Part shown: positions 10,364-18,329 of the stretch, piece by piece
How positions within the stretch are numbered: position 1 is the stretch's first letter
Layout of the letters: every line of letters begins with the position of its first letter
Origin: Candidatus Hydrogenedentota bacterium
Lineage (GTDB): Bacteria; Hydrogenedentota; Hydrogenedentia; Hydrogenedentales; JACPGD01
Assembly (NCBI GenBank): GCA_016182645.1
Contig: JACPGD010000167.1
Location: forward strand, 1 to 36,744
Length of the DNA stretch: 36,744 nucleotides
Direction: 5' to 3'
Notes under the pieces: generated by a model
Told to the model about the DNA's origin: nothing
Database searches by the model: none
Seen by the model: only the letters and a program-made list of their open reading frames with translations
Made by a program: the position numbers and the translations under genes

Positions 10364-10598
10364 CCTAAATCCGGTAGTTAAACAAACTGGGAGCACGTGG
10401 GTGACAGCTTTAGGCGCGGCGGCGATTGCTGGGTTTATGCTGTCGGATCGTCACTACCGCGCTTAAGGCTGCTCTCTCCAGGTGGGTGAGTGGGCAGCCT
10501 CAAGCGCGAAGAAGAAGCTGGACTGATAAGCTCAAGCCGGTGTCGCGCTTGAAGCTGCCACCCCCGAGTTTGAGTAGTCTCCAACTGCCGGATTTAGG
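10364..10598. repeat. Composite of two inverted copies of the hairpin element, with terminal inverted repeats (MITE- or REPIN-like)
   Basis: Left end cctaaatccggtagtt and right end aactgccggatttagg. Each half carries the ggcagctt.aagcgcg ... cgcgctt.aggctgc hairpin seen at 1072-1140. Confidence 0.85.
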
Positions 10599-10626
10599 AT
10601 GACACGAGATCCCCGGGAAAGCTGCC

Positions 10627-10662
10627 TCCGTCCGATATGCCGGATCCGTCCGATCCGTCCAA
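10627..10662. repeat. 9-bp micro-array in GTCC orientation
   Basis: tccgtccga tatgccgga tccgtccga tccgtccaa, about 10 bp beyond the stop of the GT-C gene. Confidence 0.7.
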
Positions 10663-10672
10663 GATCGTAGCG

Positions 10673-12544
10673 CTATGGCCACGCGGGAAACGGCGCGCCG
10701 CGCTTCAATGTAATCTCTTCGCCGATGGACGGTGGTGTGACTTTTTCGTATCTGCCGGCGCCCCAGCGCACGAACAGATATTCTGGATCGTCCAGGTCCC
10801 GTTCAAACTCGACCGCGATGCGCAAAGGTTGGCCATCGAGCGTTTCGATCACCGTGATGTTCAATTCCCCCAGCGCCACTACCTCCCCCTCCCGGAACGG
10901 ATGCCTGTTATCACGAAATGTCTGCTCAAACCCATCGCGCAGGATGGGCCGCCGGAAACCGGCTTCCGCCGTAGGTTCTCCCGTGCGGCGGAACACCACC
11001 TCGTTGACGCCAATGGTCATGTTCCACCACTTTGCCGGCATCGGAGCGCCGGCGGCGGCGCGCATCATGGGGCCGAAGACGCCCACGAGCGGATCGGGCT
11101 GTGTCAAAACGATGAGCCGCGTGCGTGGTGCGGCCGCGGCGTCGAGCGGGATCGACTTCACCGCCTCCAGTCCCTGGCGGTTCATCTCACCTGTAGCATA
11201 CGACGCGGCGGCCCAGCAGAACGGCGCAAGCACGATATGCAGGAGGAACATACTCCCCGCCGCGGCAGGCAACACACGGCTGCCGCTCCCGCGCGCACGC
11301 CACCCTTCTTGAATAATCAGGGCCATCATGACCGCGGCGCCGATCGATGGAAAGAACAGCAACCGGCCACTGCCGGCGCCGCTGAGGGCGGGCAGGGCCG
11401 ACAGCGCAGCACCCACCGCAATCCAGCTAATCGTCTGCCAGAGCACGCCGTCCACGCGCAGCCAGAGCAGGGCAAGCAGCACAAGCAACGCCACGAACAC
11501 CGCCGCTCCGATGGCCGCCAGCGGCAATGCGCCGGCCAACTCGCGCTGGAGCAGCATGAATTCCGTCGCCACGGCGCCGAAAAAGTAGTCCGGAGCGGAA
11601 CGCAGGAATTGAAGCGGTTCCTTTGCCGGATCAACATAGCCGCCAGAACCGCTGACGCCATACCCGGCGACGCGATAGAAAAGCAGATACAACGTGCAGA
11701 GTAGTCCGGCGGGCGCCAGCGGCTTGAAAAAGGACCAAAAGGACGGAAAGGACAGAAAGGACGGCCGGGAGCGAAGAGCGGCGGGGAAGGGCCTGGTGCG
11801 ATCATGGAAAGCGTGAGAAGCTTCGTAGGCGGCAAGGTAGCCGAAAACCCCGAGGACGGATTCGCCCCCGAGGAGGCCCAGGGCATAGCCGAGCAGGGAG
11901 AGGGGAAGACCTGGGCGCCAGTGCTCCTCGCGCCAGCGCAGGTGCGCGCACAGCCCGAGCAGGGCGGGCACTGCGGCCACCAGCGCGCTGCGGCTGGACC
12001 ACCACCCCACCGGAATCATGTGCGAGACATCGAGCGCAAACACGAGCAGGCTCAGGGCGAGCAAATCGCCCGGCAGCAACCGGCGCAGCAGCAACCAAAC
12101 GGCCAGAATGGCGGCCAGATACCAGAGGACAGAATGTAGGTGGTACGCCGCGGCGGCCTCACCGAAGAGCACGTAGTCCAGCGCCATCGTGGCGCTGCTC
12201 AACGGACGGAAGAACCAAATCTTCAACTCAGGCAGTGTGAACCACGGCAGCAGGCCGCGCGCGAGGAACGGCTGCAATTCATCAGGATTGCCGCGGCCGA
12301 AACAGAACAGGTCGAACGGCCCGCCAGGCGTGGGCGCGCCGGAAAACGTCATGAGGTGGATGTAATCGTCGGTGAAGAAGCCCTGGGGAAGTGCGAACAC
12401 GCCCACGAGCAGTCCAGCCAGCACCCCCGTGAACAGCGGTCTGTGCGCCAACATCTGCCCTATGGGACGCATGCGTGCTTTCCTGCTTCGGCGCGGCTGC
12501 CGGTTCCTGGCGCCTTCAACGAAGCCAGGCGGCCTCGTGTTCAT
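10673..12544 (-). CDS. Polytopic membrane protein, GT-C / TMTC-like polyprenol-phosphate-sugar-dependent glycosyltransferase
   Basis: FFTDDYIHL after TM1, WFFRPLSS, YHLHSVL, H...VGW.SSR and about a dozen hydrophobic segments plus a soluble C-terminal domain. ATG 12544 overlaps the upstream TGA (ATGA coupling). Confidence 0.7.
   Translation of the reverse strand: MNTRPPGFVEGARNRQPRRSRKARMRPIGQMLAHRPLFTGVLAGLLVGVFALPQGFFTDDYIHLMTFSGAPTPGGPFDLFCFGRGNPDELQPFLARGLLPWFTLPELKIWFFRPLSSATMALDYVLFGEAAAAYHLHSVLWYLAAILAVWLLLRRLLPGDLLALSLLVFALDVSHMIPVGWWSSRSALVAAVPALLGLCAHLRWREEHWRPGLPLSLLGYALGLLGGESVLGVFGYLAAYEASHAFHDRTRPFPAALRSRPSFLSFPSFWSFFKPLAPAGLLCTLYLLFYRVAGYGVSGSGGYVDPAKEPLQFLRSAPDYFFGAVATEFMLLQRELAGALPLAAIGAAVFVALLVLLALLWLRVDGVLWQTISWIAVGAALSALPALSGAGSGRLLFFPSIGAAVMMALIIQEGWRARGSGSRVLPAAAGSMFLLHIVLAPFCWAAASYATGEMNRQGLEAVKSIPLDAAAAPRTRLIVLTQPDPLVGVFGPMMRAAAGAPMPAKWWNMTIGVNEVVFRRTGEPTAEAGFRRPILRDGFEQTFRDNRHPFREGEVVALGELNITVIETLDGQPLRIAVEFERDLDDPEYLFVRWGAGRYEKVTPPSIGEEITLKRGAPFPAWP
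11729..11764. repeat. 9-bp GGAC-core micro-array in frame within the GT-C gene
   Basis: aaaggacca aaaggacgg aaaggacag aaaggacgg, encoding PSFLSFPSFWSF. Confidence 0.8.
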
Positions 12545-13227
12545 TCCGGCGCAACTTCCTTGTGGTGGTGCATCAACCACAAGTTGCGCGCGTACACCGG
12601 CAGGTTTGCAAGCAAGCCGAAGGCAAACACCCATTCCTGCCGGTAGAGAAACGGCACGAGTTGCAACAGCGAGGCGGCGATGCTCAGGTACCAGAATGCC
12701 AGCGGCACGACGGACTTCTTGCTGGCCTCCGACACCAGCCACTGCAGCAAGAAACGGCAGGCAAACAGGGCGCTGCCCAGGCCGCCCAATCCGATCAGGG
12801 TCCAGTTGAGCCATAGGACGCTGCTGGGCGCCGCCTTTGTCACATGGATCTCTTTGCCCCAAGTATATACCAGCAAGGTGACCGCCAGCAGCACCACCGC
12901 AACAATCACGGCGTGCGTTACATAATAGCGTGCCCGCGACAGGGCCCCCTTCTCGCCCCAACCGAGCACCAGGTTGCGTGCATACACAACGATATTAAAT
13001 GCGTGGTTGAGCGCGCCGTTGGGCGATTGAGACACGGCGGCAAACAGCAGCAGCACGAACGAGCCCACGGCGCTCATGTACCAGAAGAGCATGGGGAATA
13101 CACTGCGCTTTTGCAGTTCCGATACTATCCACTGCACATAAAAGCGGCCATAAAAGGCCACGCCGCCGATCACGCCAATAACCTGCCAGTAGAGCGGCAA
13201 GTCGCTAAAACCCGATCCACCAATCAA
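12541..13227 (-). CDS. Lipid-A-disaccharide synthase N-terminal (LAB_N) domain protein with two tandem domains
   Basis: Two repeats: G..G...FYGRFYVQWIVSE.QKRSVFP..FWYMS..G and G.LG...F..RFLLQWLVSE.SKKSVVP.AFWYLS, each ending VYARNL. Confidence 0.85.
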   Translation of the reverse strand: MIGGSGFSDLPLYWQVIGVIGGVAFYGRFYVQWIVSELQKRSVFPMLFWYMSAVGSFVLLLFAAVSQSPNGALNHAFNIVVYARNLVLGWGEKGALSRARYYVTHAVIVAVVLLAVTLLVYTWGKEIHVTKAAPSSVLWLNWTLIGLGGLGSALFACRFLLQWLVSEASKKSVVPLAFWYLSIAASLLQLVPFLYRQEWVFAFGLLANLPVYARNLWLMHHHKEVAPE

Positions 13228-13943
13228 TCTTCTTCCCCCTCGACCCGAATGACGACGTAGCGTCGCGTGAGCCAGCCGACCCCTAGTAAATCATAAATCC
13301 CGCGCCAGAGCCTATTGCCAATACCATATTTTGAAATTCCGTGCTGCCGGGCATGATGGCGCACGGGCGATTCGACAATGCTGAAACCGGCGGAACGCAG
13401 GAGGGCGCCCAGGAACCGGTGGGCGCCATTAAATGGAACAATATGCTCGATGCATACTTTCCGGAAGCCTTTTGCGCCGCAGCCGGCATCACGGATGCCG
13501 TCGTTCAGCAAGGCGTTGCGAACGGCGTTGGCCACGCGGCTCGAGACCTTGCGCACCAGCGTGTCGTGGCGTTCGGCCCGATAGCCGCAGACCACGTCGT
13601 GCACCTGCAACAACTCGAGGAAGCGCGGGAAATCGGCCGGATCATTCTGCAAGTCGCCGTCGAGCGTCAGGATGTAGGCGCCCTGGGCGCGGCGCATGCC
13701 CGCCACAACGGCCGCGGACTGGCCGCTGTTGCGCACCAGGTGGATTGGCCGCACCTGCGGCTGGTGCGCGCGCAGCATATCGAGGGCTTCGCGGGTGCCG
13801 TCGGTGCTGCCGTCGTTCACAAACACGCACTCGTATTCGTACTCCGGCAAGTCTGCAAAAACGGCGGCGATCCGCGCGAAGAGCAGCGGCACATTCTCGA
13901 CCTCGTTGTAAAACGGTACAACGACCGATACCAGTGGTTTCAT
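13224..13943 (-). CDS. GT2 polyprenol-phosphate glycosyltransferase (DPM1/ArnC/RgtE-like)
   Basis: VSVVVPFYNE, VNDGSTDGT, NSGQSAA, TLDGDLQNDP, DAGCGAK, HRF and G.SKYG..NRL. ATG at 13943. Confidence 0.92.
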   Translation of the reverse strand: MKPLVSVVVPFYNEVENVPLLFARIAAVFADLPEYEYECVFVNDGSTDGTREALDMLRAHQPQVRPIHLVRNSGQSAAVVAGMRRAQGAYILTLDGDLQNDPADFPRFLELLQVHDVVCGYRAERHDTLVRKVSSRVANAVRNALLNDGIRDAGCGAKGFRKVCIEHIVPFNGAHRFLGALLRSAGFSIVESPVRHHARQHGISKYGIGNRLWRGIYDLLGVGWLTRRYVVIRVEGEED

Positions 13944-14117
13944 CACCTGACCGACGACCCTCAACGTGAATTGGTTGTGCTCCGGCAGCAGCGTGCCGCG
14001 GAAAAGAAGACGGGCGGGATAATGCGCAAATTATACACGGACGACGCCTGCCGTTCCTCTCTCGGGGACCTGCCCACTCCCCGGGGACCACGGCCAGCAG
14101 CCCGTTGCAAAAATCCT

Positions 14118-14202
14118 GTAGCGCCCGTGCCTCCGTGCTGGGCGTCACTTGACCTTGCGGATTTGCCCCCAATTCACGTCCGGCACAGAGACCGGACGCT
14201 AC
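14118..14202. repeat. GTAG-type REP doublet (REPIN-like), copy A
   Basis: gtagcgcccgtgcctccgtgctgggcg (14118-14144) and inverted cgtccggcacagagaccggacgctac (14177-14202). Confidence 0.75.
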
Positions 14203-14231
14203 CTTCATGTCTTCTCCGCGCGCCGTCCACT

Positions 14232-14259
14232 TTGTCGGCCCCGGAAACTGGTGTACAAT
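14232..14259 (+). promoter_or_regulatory. Possible sigma70 promoter for the sugar isomerase gene
   Basis: TTGTCG, 16 bp, TACAAT, ending 57 bp upstream of ATG 14317. Confidence 0.3.
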
Positions 14260-14316
14260 GATGCTGTCGATTCGGGGGAACAACCGGCGTAGCGCCGGAA
14301 CGAACGGGGGTATAGT

Positions 14317-15864
14317 ATGTGCTGTCACTGCAATCGCCGCGAATTCCTGGGCATCAGCACGGCCGCGTTGGCCAGCGCCACGTTTGCGCTGAATGCGGCG
14401 GCCATCGAGCCGGTCACGGGGGGATGGAACCCGGAACAGCCGCTGGTCCGGTTGGGCAAACCACTGCGCGTCCAGCCGATTCTCATGTACCGCGTGGCGG
14501 AACGCAAGCCCCAGACGAGTTGGAAGTCCTGGGGCGGCGTGCAGGACGAGGCCTCCGCGCAGGAAGAATCGGGACGCATTGCACAGGAACTGGAGGCGCT
14601 GCGCGGGCGGGCCGATTTCGAGGTCGAGTTTCTGGCGCCGCGTCTGGTGCGCAGTGAGGAAGAAGCGGTCCAGGCGAGCGCGGGTGACTTCCACGCGACG
14701 CTGATCTATCCCGCGTCCGGCGGCGGCAAGACATTGAACGCGTGTGCCCCGGATGGTAAGGACGCGCTGATCTTTGTGCGGCACCGCAGCGGGCCCATGT
14801 ACTACTTCTACGAATCGCTGAGCACGGAGTACCTGCGGCAGAACGATCGCGAAGCGCCCGCGGGCGACCCACGCCGTTTTTCCGTGGATGATGTCGTCGT
14901 GGATGAAACGGACGAACTGCTCTGGCGCCTGCGCGCGCTGTATGCGGTGCGGAACCTGCGCGGTACGCGCGTCTTCACGCTGGGCGGAAGTTGGGGCAAA
15001 TACGCGCCGGACGCGCCGCGAATTGCCCAGGAGAAGTTTGGCCTGGAGATTGTCGAATTCGGCTACGAGCAATTTGAACCGCGCCTGCAAGCGGCGTTGC
15101 AGGACAGTGCCGTCATGACGCGCGCCGCCCAGGCGGCCGAGCGTTACCTGAAGCTGCCGGGCACATCGCTGGAGACGGAGAAGCCGTTCGTGGTCAATGC
15201 CTTCGTTCTGCACGAACTGTTCAAGCAGTTGATGGCGGAGCACGACTGCGGGGCCTTCACGATCAAGTCGTGCATGGGCACGATCATGCCGATGGCGGCG
15301 ACGACCGCCTGTTTGACGCTGGAGACGATGAACGATGAAGGGCAAATCGCCCTGTGCGAATCGGATTATGTCGTCGTGCCAGCGGGCATTCTCCTGCGGC
15401 ACCTCGCGCAGCGTCCGGTGTTCATGCACAACTCGACCTTCCCGCACGGCGGCTTGGTCACGTGCGCCCACTGCACCTCGCCGCGGCGGATGGACGGCCA
15501 GCGCTACGAGCCCGCACGGATTGTCACGCACTACGAGTCTGAATACGGCGCTGCACCCAAGGTCGAGTTTCCGATCGGTCAACCCCTTACTTTCATCGAC
15601 CCTGAATACACGACGGGGCGGTGGGTCGGCTTCCGCGGCAAGGTCCAGGCGAACCCGTTCTACGACATCTGCCGCTCGCAACAGGAAGTGACCATCGAAG
15701 GGGATTGGCGGCGGCTTATCAACGAAGTGCGCGACAGCCACTGGATGATGGTCTACGGCGATTTCCTGAAGGAAGCGGGCTTCGCCGCCCGGCGCCTCGG
15801 GCTGAAGTGGGACAACATCACGGACGGGAGCCTTGACGGTCCCCACAAGGATGTTATAACATAA
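14317..15864 (+). CDS. L-fucose/L-arabinose isomerase-like protein with a twin-arginine signal peptide
   Basis: N-terminal NRREFLG plus a hydrophobic stretch. C-terminal half has IKSCM, TTACL, ALCESD, CAHC and HWMMVYGD, which match FucI/AraA-superfamily motifs. Confidence 0.7.
   Translation: MCCHCNRREFLGISTAALASATFALNAAAIEPVTGGWNPEQPLVRLGKPLRVQPILMYRVAERKPQTSWKSWGGVQDEASAQEESGRIAQELEALRGRADFEVEFLAPRLVRSEEEAVQASAGDFHATLIYPASGGGKTLNACAPDGKDALIFVRHRSGPMYYFYESLSTEYLRQNDREAPAGDPRRFSVDDVVVDETDELLWRLRALYAVRNLRGTRVFTLGGSWGKYAPDAPRIAQEKFGLEIVEFGYEQFEPRLQAALQDSAVMTRAAQAAERYLKLPGTSLETEKPFVVNAFVLHELFKQLMAEHDCGAFTIKSCMGTIMPMAATTACLTLETMNDEGQIALCESDYVVVPAGILLRHLAQRPVFMHNSTFPHGGLVTCAHCTSPRRMDGQRYEPARIVTHYESEYGAAPKVEFPIGQPLTFIDPEYTTGRWVGFRGKVQANPFYDICRSQQEVTIEGDWRRLINEVRDSHWMMVYGDFLKEAGFAARRLGLKWDNITDGSLDGPHKDVIT
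15833..15862 (+). promoter_or_regulatory. TA promoter with a palindromic operator
   Basis: TTGACG (15833) with the -10 region inside the perfect palindrome ATGTTATAACAT (15851-15862), 28 bp upstream of the antitoxin ATG. Confidence 0.6.
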
Positions 15865-15890
15865 GTTAGTTAATCCCGAGAGGCCCCGTC

Positions 15891-16115
15891 ATGCACAAGC
15901 TCAAGATCCGAAGAATTGGGAATAGCTTGGGCGCGATCCTTCCCGCGGACGTATTGGAACGTCTCCACGTGGGCGAAGGCGAGGAGCTGTTTCTTGTCGA
16001 GGAAGGGGATGGCGTCAAATTAAGTCCCTATGACCCCGAGTTCGAGGCCGTGTTGCGGGCGTTCGAGGACGGTCAGAAGAAATACCGTAATGCGCTGCGG
16101 AAGCTGGCGGAATGA
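15891..16115 (+). CDS. AbrB/MazE-family antitoxin
   Basis: LKIRRIGNSLGAILP...L..L.V.EGE.L and YRNALRKLA. ATGA overlap with the toxin gene. Confidence 0.92.
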   Translation: MHKLKIRRIGNSLGAILPADVLERLHVGEGEELFLVEEGDGVKLSPYDPEFEAVLRAFEDGQKKYRNALRKLAE

Positions 16116-16504
16116 TTCGATGGCTTCGCCCGCGGGACGTGCGGTATATGCACCAGCAGCTCATTCTCAAGTTCGGGGGTCTGGACGGGCTGCGGGACGC
16201 TGGCTTGTTGGAATCCGCCCTCGCGCGGCCACAGCAACTCCACGCTTACAAACAAGAGGATGACTTGTGCCGGCATGCGGGCGCTTATGGGTATGGGTTG
16301 CGCCGGAACCATCCATTTCTGGATGGCAATAAGCGCGTGGCATTGATGGTGATGTACACCTTCTTGCAGGTCAATGGTCTTCAACTCCACGCGCCGGAAG
16401 TGGACGCTTTTATGACGCTCACCCGGCTGGCATCGGGCAGCATGAGCGAAACTGAATTGGTCAAGTGGCTCCGCCGGAACAGCTCTCCGCAAGCGGAAAG
16501 GTGA
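16112..16504 (+). CDS. doc: Doc (death-on-curing) family toxin
   Basis: GG..GLRD.GLLESALARP and the Fic/Doc motif NHPFLDGNKR. Confidence 0.93.
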   Translation: MIRWLRPRDVRYMHQQLILKFGGLDGLRDAGLLESALARPQQLHAYKQEDDLCRHAGAYGYGLRRNHPFLDGNKRVALMVMYTFLQVNGLQLHAPEVDAFMTLTRLASGSMSETELVKWLRRNSSPQAER

Positions 16505-16610
16505 TGTTCGGATCTTTCACTGCCACGCCTGCCGGCCGATCCAGACTGGCTTCATTGATCCGAAGTCCGGTCGGCAGGGTATCCTGTCCGCAACAACGAG
16601 GGGAGCGGAC

Positions 16611-18074
16611 ATGGAACAATACAATTTTCTGGCATTTGACCTTGGCGCCGAGAGTGGCCGTGCGGTGCGCGGGACGCTGGCGGAGGGGCGAATCGCGCTC
16701 GAGGTGGTCCACCGGTTCCGCACGGAAGGTCTCATCATGCTGGGGACGCGGCAATGGGACCTGGCGCGGATCTACGAAGAAATGCGCACGGGGCTGGCGC
16801 GGAATGTGCAGGTGCATGGGCCCAAGCTCGACGGCATCGGGGTGGACACGTGGGGCGTGGACTTCGGGCTGATCGCACGGGACGGCACGGTGCTCGGCAA
16901 TCCGGTGGCCTACCGCGACAAGCGCACGGAGGGGATGCAAGAGTACGCATTCACGCTGGTACCGCGCGAAGAGATCTATCGCGAGACCGGCATTCAGTTC
17001 CTCGTCTTCAACACGGTCTACCAATTGCTCAGCCTGGTCAAGGCACGGTCGCCGCTGCTCGAGGTGGCCGACTCGGTCATGCTCATGGGCGACCTCTTTC
17101 ATTATCTTCTCAGTGGCCAGAAGTCCTGCGAATACACCAACGCTTCGACGAGCCAGTTGCTCGACCCGTACAAACGGCAGTGGAACGAAACGCTGATCGC
17201 GCGGCTGGGGATTCCGCGCGGGTTGTTGCTCGATTTGGTCAAGCCGGGGACAGTTTTGGGGCCGGTATTGTCGGAAATTGCGCAATTTACCGGCGTGTCG
17301 CCCGAGACGCGCGTTATTACACCGGCCACGCACGACACGGCCTGCGCCGTGGCGGCGGCGCCCGTGACGGCGGAAGGGGAGCCGTGGGCGTATCTATCGA
17401 GTGGGACGTGGTCGTTGCTGGGGGCGGAATTGGACGAGCCGTGCATCAGCCCGGAAAGTCTTGCGGAAGACTTCACGAACGAAGGCGGCGTGGGCGGGAA
17501 AATCCGTTTCTTGAAAAATATTTTTGGGTTGTGGCTGGTGCAGGAGTGCCGGCGGGTGTGGGAGCGCCAGGGAGAGACGCTGGATTATGCGGCGCTGACG
17601 GCCGAAGCCGAGGGGAGTCCAGCCTTCGCGTCATTGATTGAACTGGATGATCCACGCCTCCTGGCGCCGGAGAACATGCCGGAACTCATCCAGGCGCTGT
17701 GCCGGGAGAGCGGCCAGCCGGCGCCGGAGACGCGCGGGGCCATTGTGCGTTGCGCGCTCGAGAGTCTCGCGCTCAAGTACCGGCGCACGCTGCGCGCGAT
17801 GGACCGCGTGCTCGGCCGCCAGACGCAGCGCCTGCACATCATCGGCGGCGGCGTGCAGAACCGGTTACTCTGCCAGATGACCGCGGATGCGTGCGGCATT
17901 CCCGTGATCGCCGGGCCTATTGAAGCCACCGCGCTCGGCAACATCGGTGTGCAGGCGATGGCCGTCGGCGCCATCAAGTCCCTCGCGGAGTTGCGGAACG
18001 TCATCGCCAACTCGGTCAAACTTGAACACTACACCCCGCGGGACACCGCGCAGTGGGAGGCCCTGGGACGATAA
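16611..18074 (+). CDS. rhaB: Rhamnulokinase (FGGY family)
   Basis: LAFDLGAESGR, GVDTWGVDFGL, YRDKRT, EYTNASTSQL, HDTACAV, SSGTWSLLG, FTNEGG and LKNIFGLW. Confidence 0.9.
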   Translation: MEQYNFLAFDLGAESGRAVRGTLAEGRIALEVVHRFRTEGLIMLGTRQWDLARIYEEMRTGLARNVQVHGPKLDGIGVDTWGVDFGLIARDGTVLGNPVAYRDKRTEGMQEYAFTLVPREEIYRETGIQFLVFNTVYQLLSLVKARSPLLEVADSVMLMGDLFHYLLSGQKSCEYTNASTSQLLDPYKRQWNETLIARLGIPRGLLLDLVKPGTVLGPVLSEIAQFTGVSPETRVITPATHDTACAVAAAPVTAEGEPWAYLSSGTWSLLGAELDEPCISPESLAEDFTNEGGVGGKIRFLKNIFGLWLVQECRRVWERQGETLDYAALTAEAEGSPAFASLIELDDPRLLAPENMPELIQALCRESGQPAPETRGAIVRCALESLALKYRRTLRAMDRVLGRQTQRLHIIGGGVQNRLLCQMTADACGIPVIAGPIEATALGNIGVQAMAVGAIKSLAELRNVIANSVKLEHYTPRDTAQWEALGR

Positions 18075-18164
18075 CGGGCGATGTTCAAAAGAACATCCTC
18101 GCGACGGTCCTGCTTAGTGCGTCGTTTCCGAATTACTGTGACGTATCCACCCACGATGATACTT

Positions 18165-18292
18165 GTAGCGTTCGGTCTCCGTGCCGGACGGGAACACGCA
18201 GCACAGACCGGAAAGCAACGCAAACCGGGGAATTTGTTGTAGCTGCATGCTGGTATTGCAAAGTCGCGTCCGGCACAGTGACCGGACGCTAC
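18165..18292. repeat. GTAG-type REP doublet (REPIN-like), copy B
   Basis: gtagcgttcggtctccgtgccggacg (18165-18190) and inverted cgtccggcacagtgaccggacgctac (18267-18292). The latter matches 14177-14202 at 25 of 26 positions. Confidence 0.85.
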
Positions 18293-18329
18293 GGAAGCTG
18301 GCATGCGTCACCGTTACGAAATCGAGGAG

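Noticed and set aside
12545-12961. N-terminal extensions given by the ORF track (GT-C to 12961, ahcY to 19940, ABC1 from 19687, DUF502 to 23299, ORF from 3559, fliQ from 26389)
   Set aside because: They overlap neighbouring genes, promoters or repeats. Downstream starts have an RBS or translational coupling and match family N-termini.
13642-15846. 734-aa minus-strand ORF; likewise 23338-25530, 18303-19550, 2587-3513 and 35562-36728
   Set aside because: These are antisense shadows of well-supported genes in high-GC DNA, Arg/His/Gln-rich and without recognisable motifs.
16525-16595. Possible further REP-like hairpin (ggcagggtatcctgtcc) between doc and rhaB
   Set aside because: It is a single imperfect copy in the window and cannot be supported as a repeat family.
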